Made by a program: the position numbers and the translations under genes
Notes under the pieces: generated by a model
What the model was told of the DNA's origin: nothing
The model's input: the letters and a program-made list of their open reading frames with translations, nothing else
The model's database searches: none
In this document: piece by piece, positions 27,039-35,993 of the stretch
Position numbering within the stretch: the stretch's first letter is position 1
How the letters are laid out: every line of letters begins with the position of its first letter
Source: a virus
Taxonomy: Duplodnaviria > Caudoviricetes
IMG/VR virus record: IMGVR_UViG_3300032285_003295
Coordinates: 1-54,838 of that record
Strand: one strand, 5' to 3'
DNA: 54,838 bases

Positions 27039-29699
27039 ATGCTAGTATTATACCCAACCGCCGGAGATTATAAAAAAGGTGGTGAGATACCTATAATCAC
27101 ACTACCCACCTCATTACCAGGGGGTAAGAATGTTGAGTTGAATGATTTTCAATGGTGGGCTTACTCTAAAGATTTCGATCAATGGCTAAAGGCAAATCCT
27201 AGAAGCTGGCAAGCCGAATCTGTTGATTATTCTAAATTTCCTGACTGGGTTCAGCTTTTAAAGGAGAGCCAAAATTCAAGACTTCTTGGATCACTTAAGT
27301 CTAAGGGAAGGGTTTCCAGTTTTAATGATTATCTTAACGAGGAAACAAAACAGGGGGATGATCCTAATCACTTAGGAGCGGATGCCCTTAAGCTTCACTA
27401 TGCATATCAGAAATTAATTGCGGATAAGAAGATAGCGGAGGAGTTTAAGGTTAGTGTTGCTAACGAGGGAGATGACAAAGCTATATTCACAGTAATAAAA
27501 GATCCTAAAACCGGAAACGATTTAGACCCCAGCCTTTATGCTTTAAGGTTAAAATCGGTATCCACTCCAGAAAGTGCAAAGGTTAGAATTTTCACTATTG
27601 ATGAGACATTGCCTGGCGGTAATCTTCCAGATAACGCAAACGGAGAGTCTCTTTTTAAATCAATGGCAGAGACAGGAGCTCAGGTCCTTAAATATGGAGC
27701 AGCTGGAGCAGCAGTATGGGGTGGACTTAAAGCAGTGGAGTATGTAGGAGGAGGTATTTTTGCTCTTAGAACACTTAACAAAACTGTTAAAGGTTTTATG
27801 ACAAGAGGCGCTGCTAATCAGATCGCAAAGAAAGTGACTGTTAGCGGATTTGGTGGTTCAACTGAAGAAGTTGTAGCAGCAGAATCTGGAATTTTCAGTA
27901 AACTTCTGGCTAGTCCGACCGGTGTTTTTGTTAAAAGCGCAATTGGATGGCCTTATTATGTGGGCAAAGGACTTTATATGGGGGTTAAAGCTGCTACCTT
28001 TGCAGGTGAGGCTGCCGAGGGAGCTAGTATATTCTCAAGATTCTCCGGAGGATTTGCTGGCGCTTTAGAGGGAACCAATCCTATAGGTATTATTATAGGT
28101 GCAGTTACTTCCATTGAGAAATTATGGAATTGGTTTAGCAGCAATCAAGCACCAAGATTGGGAGAGGTTGATTCTTTCGCTTTTGGAAACTTCAGACCCA
28201 AAGATATAAAAATAGGTATTCCCATAACAGTATGCTGGACTCAGGAAGCTGGCGGTGTATGGGGGGTTTTAAGTTTTGTTGGACTGAGCAATGACACAAG
28301 AACCACGATGGAGATAATGAAAATTGCGGACGAAGGTGGCAATAGCCTTTTTATACTACTCCAGGTAAATTCTAAACAAATGCAGAAAGAACTTCAGGAT
28401 CACGAGCTGACCCTAATATCTTTTGCTGATAGCGAGAATTTCGAGAGAGGATTTTTTGATAATGATGATCTTGAGCTAACAATGCAATCTATAGACCATT
28501 TGGATAAGCTCGGAGCTGTTTATGGCTTCAAAGGAATGTGCGATTGGAATGAACTCGTAACTGCATACCAGGCATCTTCTAGTCAATATTTAGTTACTGA
28601 CGATGCTGCTCCTAAAACTTATGATTTCCATTTTACAGATTCTGAGGATAATGTTATCAACGTTTCAGGTAATATAGTTACGTCAGAGGATCTTGCTAAG
28701 TTTAGCGATTCGGATATGGAGGACATTTTTCACATGAAGGATGTTAAATCTGCTTTTACCCCATCTAAGGCTTCTTCGGATGGCGGGGGGACAGAAGTTG
28801 CTGACTCTGATGTTGATGTTTCTACAGAATTAACAGGTGCTGGTGTTAGTGAATCCCATAATTTTAAATTCTCAGGTAATCTTCTTGAGGGTGGATCTAT
28901 AGTTTCTTTTGATTCGTTTAACTCTATTAATGAGGAAGACGTTGATGCTACCATTAAATCCTCTAATGCTGAACTTGCTCCAAAAGCATCGACGGAAGCC
29001 GAAAATTCGAAGGAGATAGAATTAAGCCCAGAGCAGAAAAGCGGACCTGCTAAAATAGCGGTCTATTTGGTTCAGAGCAAGGAATACGCAGATTCTAAAC
29101 TCAGAGGAAAATTTTCAACAGGTAAATTTACTAATTTTACTGTTCCAACTGTTGCTTATACTGCAGAGCCTGAAACCCCAATCGATGTTCAGCCTAACAC
29201 AGTAGAACAGCTAGATAATGCTAAAGCTGGAATCTTCACATTCAAGGAAGAACAGGATGCCCCAGTGGTAGATAAACCAAAAGAGGAGCCAAAGAAGGAT
29301 GACGATACAGACAAAAAAGAGACTGGTAAAGACGATAAAACAGACAAAAAAGAGATTGATAAGGACTACTACGTTTCTGTTAAACCTGATGACGTAAACA
29401 TTAAGAATAAAAGGCATTCCACAAATATTATAGATAATTCAGAGGAGGGTGGTGTTAATCTTTTTGATAAGTTTTTAACCAATGTTCAAAAGGAGACCCT
29501 AAAAATAGAGAATTGGAAGTCTATCACATCTGCAAAAGCCTTCTATGATAACAAGGGGGATGTAATAGAGGTTAAGCTAATGAACAGATATGCACCATGG
29601 GGTGATAGGAAAAGACGCTATAAAGTGACCGACGGAGAGTCTTTCCAGGTGGCTAAACAGTTCATAGAAGACACTAAAGACAGGATAAAATACGAGTAA
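27039..29699 (+). CDS. Large putative internal/ejection protein with Gly/Ala-rich hydrophobic core
   Basis: 886 aa; GATATATA at 26971; internal SFNDYLNEE and SFDSFNSINEE motifs; several TM-like Gly/Ala helices. Confidence 0.6.
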   Translation: MLVLYPTAGDYKKGGEIPIITLPTSLPGGKNVELNDFQWWAYSKDFDQWLKANPRSWQAESVDYSKFPDWVQLLKESQNSRLLGSLKSKGRVSSFNDYLNEETKQGDDPNHLGADALKLHYAYQKLIADKKIAEEFKVSVANEGDDKAIFTVIKDPKTGNDLDPSLYALRLKSVSTPESAKVRIFTIDETLPGGNLPDNANGESLFKSMAETGAQVLKYGAAGAAVWGGLKAVEYVGGGIFALRTLNKTVKGFMTRGAANQIAKKVTVSGFGGSTEEVVAAESGIFSKLLASPTGVFVKSAIGWPYYVGKGLYMGVKAATFAGEAAEGASIFSRFSGGFAGALEGTNPIGIIIGAVTSIEKLWNWFSSNQAPRLGEVDSFAFGNFRPKDIKIGIPITVCWTQEAGGVWGVLSFVGLSNDTRTTMEIMKIADEGGNSLFILLQVNSKQMQKELQDHELTLISFADSENFERGFFDNDDLELTMQSIDHLDKLGAVYGFKGMCDWNELVTAYQASSSQYLVTDDAAPKTYDFHFTDSEDNVINVSGNIVTSEDLAKFSDSDMEDIFHMKDVKSAFTPSKASSDGGGTEVADSDVDVSTELTGAGVSESHNFKFSGNLLEGGSIVSFDSFNSINEEDVDATIKSSNAELAPKASTEAENSKEIELSPEQKSGPAKIAVYLVQSKEYADSKLRGKFSTGKFTNFTVPTVAYTAEPETPIDVQPNTVEQLDNAKAGIFTFKEEQDAPVVDKPKEEPKKDDDTDKKETGKDDKTDKKEIDKDYYVSVKPDDVNIKNKRHSTNIIDNSEEGGVNLFDKFLTNVQKETLKIENWKSITSAKAFYDNKGDVIEVKLMNRYAPWGDRKRRYKVTDGESFQVAKQFIEDTKDRIKYE

Positions 29700-29724
29700 A
29701 ACTAAAAAAATAAAAAATCTTTTC

Positions 29725-29732
29725 GATATATA
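29725..29732 (+). promoter_or_regulatory. Late-class promoter GATATATA
   Basis: Intergenic, upstream of protease ATG 29760. Confidence 0.6.
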
Positions 29733-29759
29733 AGAAATAGATAAAACTATTAAAGAAAA

Positions 29760-31742
29760 ATGCCAAGTAATTTACAGAATACTACCCTTAACGAGCAAAT
29801 GGTTTTCATCCTAGAAAAGCAAGACTTTGTTTTAGAATCAAAGAAGAGCGACAATGGAAACTATATCCTAGAGGGTATAGCTGCTGTCTTCGGTAAAGAG
29901 AACAACAATCACAGAATCTATGAGGAAGCAGAATATCTTCCGCATCTTGATTATCTGAAAGATAAGATCTCTCAAAACAGACTTTTAGGTGAATTAGATC
30001 ACCCTGAGAAATTTGATGTTTCACTTAAGAACATCTCTCACATGATTACCGATCTAAACTACGATAAGTCAGGAAGAAAGCTAGGTATAAAGGTTCAGAT
30101 CTTAGATACCCCAGCAGGTCAAATAGCTAAAAATCTAATCGACGCTGGAATTCCACTTTCTATATCTTCAAGAGCAGCTGGATCTGTGGGATCAGACAAG
30201 AAGGTACAGATCAAAAAAATCTTTACCTATGATCTAGTAGCTGATCCTGGATTTCAGGATGCTCAGCTTAAAAGAGTCTATGAGTCTGCAGGTTTCACCG
30301 AAGAAGAATTCACAATCTATAAGAATAACAGCGTAACAAGCGGTCTTGAGTGTGTAAATGAATCATTTGGTTTAGAAAATGAATCTTCACTGAAGATATA
30401 TAAGATAGAAAACAACGAAGAGTTTAACAACATCATAAACAAAAACGACAACAAAAATAAGAAATTCCTTATGGAGAATAAAGAATTTGTTACTTCAGAC
30501 GAGCTTAATCAATATTCCATCTTCTTGAAGAAAGAGATGGATGCTATGAGAGCTGCAATCACAGAAGTCAAAGAAGAAAAAGCCGCATTAAGTGAGTCTA
30601 ATGAAATTTCAAGCTCATATTCTGCAAAGCTAGAAGAAAGAGTTGCTAAGTTAGAGAAATACACAGAGTATCTAGCTGAGAATCTTGAAAACAGTATCTC
30701 TTATGGAGAATACTTAGCAGAGAATTTAGATCAAAGCATCAGCTACAGTAAATACTTAGCTGAGAACCTTGATAAGAACATCTCTTACTCTAAGTACATA
30801 GCAGAGAACGTTGACAAGTCAATCTCTTATTCTGAGTATGTAGCAGAGAGCGTAGATAAGAATATCGAATACTCTAAGTATCTAGCTGAGAAATTGGATG
30901 ACAATATCCAATATTCAGAATACATAGCTGAAAACTTAGACAAAGGTATTTCTTATGCTGAGTATCTTGGTGAGAACCTAGATAAAGGAATTGCTTACAC
31001 TGAATATGTTGCCGAAAAACTAAATGATGGTATTGAATATACAGAATATGTTGCTGAAAGCCTAAATAAAGGAATTGAATATTCTGACTACTTAGCAGAA
31101 AGCATCAATAAAGGTATAGACTACTCTGAATATCTTGCAGAGAAATTAACAAGATCAATTTCTTACAGCGAATATATAGCAGAGTCTATGCAATCGAAAT
31201 TAACAAACTCAAATCCAGCGAAAGAAGAATCATTAAGAGAAAGTGCAGAGCTTAGTGCAAGTGCTAATCTAAATGAATCAGGATTTGCAGGTAACTATGA
31301 TGATCTTTCATCAAAAATCAATTCACTAATTGAATCAGTTAACACACAAAAAACTGAGTCGAATATAAACGAAGCAGCTAAGAAATTTGCAGCTCCGGCC
31401 GAAACACAAAAGGCAGAAGAAGTTCTTAACGAGTCTGAGAACACCAACAAAACAGGTCTTAAATTCATCGACGAAATTCCTGAAGAATATGCTCAGGTTT
31501 GGGAATCACTGAACGAAGGTCACAAGCAATCAATTATTGCTCAGTCAAACTTCTACAGATTGGATACACCTTACCAGATCAAAAATTTCTGGTCAACACG
31601 TCAACTTGGAGCTAAACCAGTTGGATTACAGAAACTTGAAGAGAACGAAAACATTTCAGAAAGCTCAAACACACAGGGTTATTCAAATGATTATATGAAT
31701 CACATAGCTTCAATGTTAGAGCAGAAATTCACAAAAAGATAA
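29760..31742 (+). CDS. Prohead protease (gp21-like) fused to scaffold/core protein (gp22-like)
   Basis: NNNHRIY, GELDHP, ISH, DTPAG, ISSRAAGSV, TYDLVADPGF; C-terminal coiled-coil with 14-aa repeats; directly upstream of MCP. Confidence 0.9.
   Translation: MPSNLQNTTLNEQMVFILEKQDFVLESKKSDNGNYILEGIAAVFGKENNNHRIYEEAEYLPHLDYLKDKISQNRLLGELDHPEKFDVSLKNISHMITDLNYDKSGRKLGIKVQILDTPAGQIAKNLIDAGIPLSISSRAAGSVGSDKKVQIKKIFTYDLVADPGFQDAQLKRVYESAGFTEEEFTIYKNNSVTSGLECVNESFGLENESSLKIYKIENNEEFNNIINKNDNKNKKFLMENKEFVTSDELNQYSIFLKKEMDAMRAAITEVKEEKAALSESNEISSSYSAKLEERVAKLEKYTEYLAENLENSISYGEYLAENLDQSISYSKYLAENLDKNISYSKYIAENVDKSISYSEYVAESVDKNIEYSKYLAEKLDDNIQYSEYIAENLDKGISYAEYLGENLDKGIAYTEYVAEKLNDGIEYTEYVAESLNKGIEYSDYLAESINKGIDYSEYLAEKLTRSISYSEYIAESMQSKLTNSNPAKEESLRESAELSASANLNESGFAGNYDDLSSKINSLIESVNTQKTESNINEAAKKFAAPAETQKAEEVLNESENTNKTGLKFIDEIPEEYAQVWESLNEGHKQSIIAQSNFYRLDTPYQIKNFWSTRQLGAKPVGLQKLEENENISESSNTQGYSNDYMNHIASMLEQKFTKR
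30395..30402 (+). promoter_or_regulatory. Internal late-class promoter GATATATA upstream of in-frame ATG 30471
   Basis: Exact motif after the protease domain, followed by an A-rich leader. Confidence 0.55.
30471..31742 (+). CDS. Putative nested in-frame scaffold protein (MENKEFVTSDELNQY...)
   Basis: In-frame ATG preceded by AAACAAAAACGACAACAAAAATAAGAAATTCCTT and an internal late promoter. Confidence 0.55.
   Translation: MENKEFVTSDELNQYSIFLKKEMDAMRAAITEVKEEKAALSESNEISSSYSAKLEERVAKLEKYTEYLAENLENSISYGEYLAENLDQSISYSKYLAENLDKNISYSKYIAENVDKSISYSEYVAESVDKNIEYSKYLAEKLDDNIQYSEYIAENLDKGISYAEYLGENLDKGIAYTEYVAEKLNDGIEYTEYVAESLNKGIEYSDYLAESINKGIDYSEYLAEKLTRSISYSEYIAESMQSKLTNSNPAKEESLRESAELSASANLNESGFAGNYDDLSSKINSLIESVNTQKTESNINEAAKKFAAPAETQKAEEVLNESENTNKTGLKFIDEIPEEYAQVWESLNEGHKQSIIAQSNFYRLDTPYQIKNFWSTRQLGAKPVGLQKLEENENISESSNTQGYSNDYMNHIASMLEQKFTKR
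30660..31187 (+). repeat. About 12.5 x 42-bp (14-aa) tandem repeat, consensus YSEYLAENLDKSIS
   Basis: Read directly; first Tyr codon 30660, thirteenth 31164 (12 x 42 nt). Confidence 0.95.
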
Positions 31743-31766
31743 AAACAAAAAAAATAACAAACAATC

Positions 31767-33527
31767 ATGAAATTGATTAACGAACAAGAAATCTATAATA
31801 CTTGGGCGCCTCTAATCGAGAGCAAGGCTGGTATTACAGATGAAAGCAAAAAAGGATGGTTGACTAAATATTGTCACTACCATTCATTAAATGAATCTGC
31901 TGGTGCTTACAACTCACTAGGTGTAGTAAACGGTATGGGTGCTGTACAAGCTCCTTTATTCCCAGGTGCTAGCTATGCTGGTGCTTTAACTGGTACTGCT
32001 TCTACAAGCGCTAACGCAAACTTCTACAACACTGGATATCAAGGTTCAGGCGATAAATTCCCTTCATTACTTCCTTTAGCTATTCAGGTAGCTGCGAAGA
32101 CTGTTGGTTTTGATATCGTTCCTGTTATCCCAATGTCTGGTCCTACTGGTATCTTGTCTTACTTAGACTATGTATACGCTGGTGGTAAAATCTCTGGTGC
32201 TACTTCAGGTACTTCTGGTGCTGATCTAGCTGATGCTCCTACAATGATTAAATTCGGAGCTGGTTTAACTGGTTCTACTACTACACCAGTTGGTGGTGGT
32301 ACTGCAGGATTTGGTAGCACAAACGTAGGTACACTTTACTACATCGGTGCTACTGGAACTGTTACAACAGGATCTGGCCACATCACTGCTAAGTTTGTAG
32401 GTCTTTCAAGAATCGATGGTAGCCCAATCTACCAAATCACAAACATCGGTGATGGTTGGAACGTTGCTTCTATCGTTGCTGCTGGTGCCCTTATCTCTAC
32501 AAGCACTACAGTAAGTACAGCTAACGCAGTTGGTACTGTTACTACTACAGCTTCATTGGTTAAAGGTCTTGAAGATCATATCCAAGGTTTCTCTGGTGCT
32601 GGTTTTAACAATGATAAAGATTGGCAAGGACCATTCGTTGATGGTACTAAAACTTACAACCCAATGTTAAGAGCGGTTGGAGAGTCTACATACTACAATT
32701 CAATGGGTCTTTCTACCTTCACTAAATTCGTTGAAGCTGAAACTTTCCAAGTTGCTGCTTCTGTGACAACTGAGCAAATTCAAGATTTGAACAAACAATT
32801 CGGTATCGATGTTATTTCAATGATCGAAAACGCTCTTGTTAACGAGGTTTCTCAATCTATCAACAAGCACATCCTTTCTAGAGCATTTGCTTTAGGCTGG
32901 TCAAACCATCTTCAATTCTACAACGTTGAAAATCAAAACTTAAACCTTAACTTAAACATTAATGGTTCTGTAGGTACAACTTCAGCTTACGTAGGTAAGG
33001 ATGACGTGGGTGCAACTATGCCAATTCCTCAAGGTCCAACTAGCACTAGCTTCGAGAACTTGTCAACTCTACAAAGAAGACTATTCTCAAGAATTCTTGC
33101 TGCTGCTAACGTGGTTGCTAACAGAGGTAGAAGAGGTCCTGCTAACTTCATCGTTACTAATGCTAACGTTGCAAGTGCTTTGCAAGATATTTCTCAATTC
33201 ACTTTTGCTCCATTCTCTAACACCTTAACTCAAAACAACGGAACACTTTATCCAGTAGGTTCACTTGCTGGTATGACAGTATACGTTGACCAAAACATGG
33301 CTTTCAGTGATACTAGAATCTGTGTTGGTAGAAAAGGTGGTGACGACGAACCAGGTCTTAAGTTCATGCCTTACATGATGGCTGAGTCAATCCAGACTAT
33401 CTCAGAAGGTACAATGTCTCCTAAAATCGCGGTTAAATCTAGATATGCTCTAGTAGAAGCTGGTTTCTTACCAGAAACTTTGTATCTTACATTCTATGTA
33501 AGTGTACCTGCTGGCGGTATCGCTTAA
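31767..33527 (+). CDS. Major capsid protein (T4 gp23-like)
   Basis: W.PLIE, VPVIPMSGPTG, TTEQIQDL, NEVSQSINK, ANRGRRGPANF, VGSLAG..VYVD, FMPY, KSRYAL; strong codon bias. Confidence 0.95.
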   Translation: MKLINEQEIYNTWAPLIESKAGITDESKKGWLTKYCHYHSLNESAGAYNSLGVVNGMGAVQAPLFPGASYAGALTGTASTSANANFYNTGYQGSGDKFPSLLPLAIQVAAKTVGFDIVPVIPMSGPTGILSYLDYVYAGGKISGATSGTSGADLADAPTMIKFGAGLTGSTTTPVGGGTAGFGSTNVGTLYYIGATGTVTTGSGHITAKFVGLSRIDGSPIYQITNIGDGWNVASIVAAGALISTSTTVSTANAVGTVTTTASLVKGLEDHIQGFSGAGFNNDKDWQGPFVDGTKTYNPMLRAVGESTYYNSMGLSTFTKFVEAETFQVAASVTTEQIQDLNKQFGIDVISMIENALVNEVSQSINKHILSRAFALGWSNHLQFYNVENQNLNLNLNINGSVGTTSAYVGKDDVGATMPIPQGPTSTSFENLSTLQRRLFSRILAAANVVANRGRRGPANFIVTNANVASALQDISQFTFAPFSNTLTQNNGTLYPVGSLAGMTVYVDQNMAFSDTRICVGRKGGDDEPGLKFMPYMMAESIQTISEGTMSPKIAVKSRYALVEAGFLPETLYLTFYVSVPAGGIA

Positions 33528-33547
33528 TCGTAACGATTAATAATCTT

Positions 33548-33574
33548 AAAACCCCTGAAACTCAGGGGTTTTTT
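33548..33574 (+). terminator. Rho-independent terminator after MCP
   Basis: AAAACCCCTGA-AAC-TCAGGGGTTTTTT. Confidence 0.9.
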
Positions 33575-33608
33575 GTTGCTCCTTGCTAAGGATATAATTT
33601 GCTCCGAG

Positions 33609-33616
33609 GATATATA
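33609..33616 (+). promoter_or_regulatory. Late-class promoter GATATATA
   Basis: Intergenic, upstream of ATG 33641. Confidence 0.6.
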
Positions 33617-33640
33617 CAAAGTAAAATAGAATAGTATAGC

Positions 33641-34786
33641 ATGAAAAATCTACCAAGCTTTAATGAATTCAGAAAATATGATTCTCTTATGGAATCGGTA
33701 GATCCTGAATTGATTAACGAGTTTAAAAGTCTAGAACAAGCCGATCCTTACCACACGGTAAATGAGGGCCAATTTTTAAATGATGTAAAAAATACTCTTT
33801 CTAAGTTTTTCTTAGGAGCTTTTTCTAGAGTTGGAATGATTGACGAGGCTAGAAAAGTACTTGTTAATCTAGAAATAGATCTAATCGAGGCCAAGCATAA
33901 GTTTGAGAATGCTATGGACGATATGGACGCTCAGGTAAGAAAACTTAGTGGACCAGACGACAAAGAAAAGGCCATTGCTTTAAGAAGAGACATGGACTCT
34001 AAGATAAAAGAATACCAAACCTATGTTAAAACTCAGAAACTTAAAATTAAAAAAGCGGAAGAGTTTGTAGAAAAGGTGATAGACGGTAGCGAGAGAAGAA
34101 AAGAATATTATGAAGTTGGAAGATCTGAAGATGAAATAGCTCTAGCTGAACTCGAGTATAAATTAGCTAAGGATAAAGCTGACTCTTCAGAACTTAAAAA
34201 ATATGAAGATAAGATAGCCCAAGCTAAGGAAGATGCAAAAGAAAAAGCAGAGAAGGTTGAGAACAAGCTAGAGGATGAAGCTAAAGAGGAAGGTGACGAT
34301 AAAAAATTAGACACTTCTATAGATCCGGAGAAGGAGAAGAAAAAAATATCAGGCAGAAGGGGAAAGGATATCATACATAGAAAGAATTCTTTGGCAAAAG
34401 AAATAGCAGATCTTAAATCTGAATTGGAAAGAAAATTGAAATCTCTTCAGAGTAAATCAGAGAAGGGTAAGCTAACTGAGAAAGCAATTAAGTCTTATAT
34501 GATAGAGCTTTTAGATCTTAGTTCTGCTTTAGATGCCAAAAAGAATCTTCTTAAAAATCTAAATGATTTAGGCCAATCAGAATCTGACATTTCAAGTAAG
34601 GTTAGAAAGGAAAGTGAATTTACACAATTGACTAATAAAATAAACCAAAGCATTACTGATGGTCAGGATGCTAATACCGGAACTAAAAAAGTTGTTTCTG
34701 ACATATTCTCATCTGTTGCTAAAGGAGCAAAGGGAGAAATAAAGCCAGAGAAAATAAAAGATGCTATTAAAAAAATAAACAAATAA
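33641..34786 (+). CDS. Putative capsid-internal coiled-coil protein
   Basis: MKNLPSFNEF..., LME and VNE sites; K/E-rich helices. Confidence 0.65.
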   Translation: MKNLPSFNEFRKYDSLMESVDPELINEFKSLEQADPYHTVNEGQFLNDVKNTLSKFFLGAFSRVGMIDEARKVLVNLEIDLIEAKHKFENAMDDMDAQVRKLSGPDDKEKAIALRRDMDSKIKEYQTYVKTQKLKIKKAEEFVEKVIDGSERRKEYYEVGRSEDEIALAELEYKLAKDKADSSELKKYEDKIAQAKEDAKEKAEKVENKLEDEAKEEGDDKKLDTSIDPEKEKKKISGRRGKDIIHRKNSLAKEIADLKSELERKLKSLQSKSEKGKLTEKAIKSYMIELLDLSSALDAKKNLLKNLNDLGQSESDISSKVRKESEFTQLTNKINQSITDGQDANTGTKKVVSDIFSSVAKGAKGEIKPEKIKDAIKKINK

Positions 34787-34788
34787 GA

Positions 34789-35712
34789 ATGTCTTTACTT
34801 AAATTCCAAGAGTGGGAGCATCTCAACGAAGAGAATATATTTAGCAAAATCCAGAATTGGCTTAGCCGTAACTTTGGTGGAGCTCTAGAGAAGCTTGATG
34901 GATTGCTTGGTGCTTATAAAAAACTGGAGATGAGATTTGTTGATGAGTGGGAGGAGATAAAAGTGGATAATGACAAGTTAGAAATCCAGAGAGGACAAGT
35001 TAAAAACGATCCCGCTGAGTTAAAGAAGATAGACAGAATGCTTGAAAGAAATCAATCTTTAATATCTGCAGCAGCTAAGGTTCATGAGAAGAACACAGAT
35101 GAGCTTTTTATGAAGGTTAAGAAATTAATAGAGAGCAATAAGAAGCTACAAACATATTGGGAGACTAATAAAGTAAAGATTGATGCAGAGATATCTGAGG
35201 ATATGTATAAGATAGCTAAGAAGCTTACTGATTCAAAAGAGGCTGATGATTTATACAGCAAGTACAAGAAAACCGCTTTGGCTGCTAGAAAGAAGGATGA
35301 GGAGTTTAGAGAGCTATACGGAAATCTTATTGGCGATAGAGTTCCACCCCCACCTAAATCCACGCACGCAACGGTATCTTCGAAAGGACTTAGCGTTAAG
35401 TCTGTTGGTGGCATGGAGTCTAGCTTTGAATTGCTTTCAAGTGTCTCTTTATTGGAATTTGCAGATGCTGTTAAAGAATTTCCTAGCGATCAAGCTAAGA
35501 AGCTTGTATCGTATTTAACAAGTAAAAGAAACGATCTTTATGTTGCCATGGACATGGAAAGAGATCTTTTAAATACTGAAATAGAAAAAATGCCAAGAGA
35601 TCATGAAACTCGTGATTATGCATCAGCAAAGATCAAAGAGATTAGAGAGAAGTATATGAACCAAATAAGAGATCTAAGATCTAAAATAACAGTTGCTAAG
35701 AAATATGCTTAA
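34789..35712 (+). CDS. Putative capsid-internal coiled-coil protein (distant paralog of 33641..34786)
   Basis: MSLLKFQEWEHLNEE; NEENIFSKIQNWLSRNFGG resembles NEGQFLNDVKNTLSKFFLG. Confidence 0.65.
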   Translation: MSLLKFQEWEHLNEENIFSKIQNWLSRNFGGALEKLDGLLGAYKKLEMRFVDEWEEIKVDNDKLEIQRGQVKNDPAELKKIDRMLERNQSLISAAAKVHEKNTDELFMKVKKLIESNKKLQTYWETNKVKIDAEISEDMYKIAKKLTDSKEADDLYSKYKKTALAARKKDEEFRELYGNLIGDRVPPPPKSTHATVSSKGLSVKSVGGMESSFELLSSVSLLEFADAVKEFPSDQAKKLVSYLTSKRNDLYVAMDMERDLLNTEIEKMPRDHETRDYASAKIKEIREKYMNQIRDLRSKITVAKKYA

Positions 35713-35980
35713 GTTTAAAGAATTTGTCCTTAATGAGGCTGCGCCAGGAAAGGGAACTCAACTTGAAACAATCAAATTGAATTTAGCCAAAAGCTTTGAC
35801 GATATTAAGACAGCTAAGATGTCTAAAAAACCCGGGGATATAAACTCTGAGATTCTTAGCATTAATACTCAAGCAGCAATCTATACTAAGATATCAACTC
35901 TTTTGAAATCACTAGCTGTTGAGTTGAAAAAACCAGTAGCAGTGGACAAGACTAAACCACCAACTAACACTTTATACTAA
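35705..35980 (+). CDS. Small putative capsid-internal protein
   Basis: MLKFKEFVLNE; start moved to ATG 35705, overlapping the previous stop. Confidence 0.65.
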   Translation: MLKFKEFVLNEAAPGKGTQLETIKLNLAKSFDDIKTAKMSKKPGDINSEILSINTQAAIYTKISTLLKSLAVELKKPVAVDKTKPPTNTLY

Positions 35981-35993
35981 AAAAGAGAATTAA

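Noticed and set aside
30660-31187. 42-bp periodic array as a CRISPR array
   Set aside because: In-frame coding repeat with synonymous variation; no constant repeat and unique spacer structure
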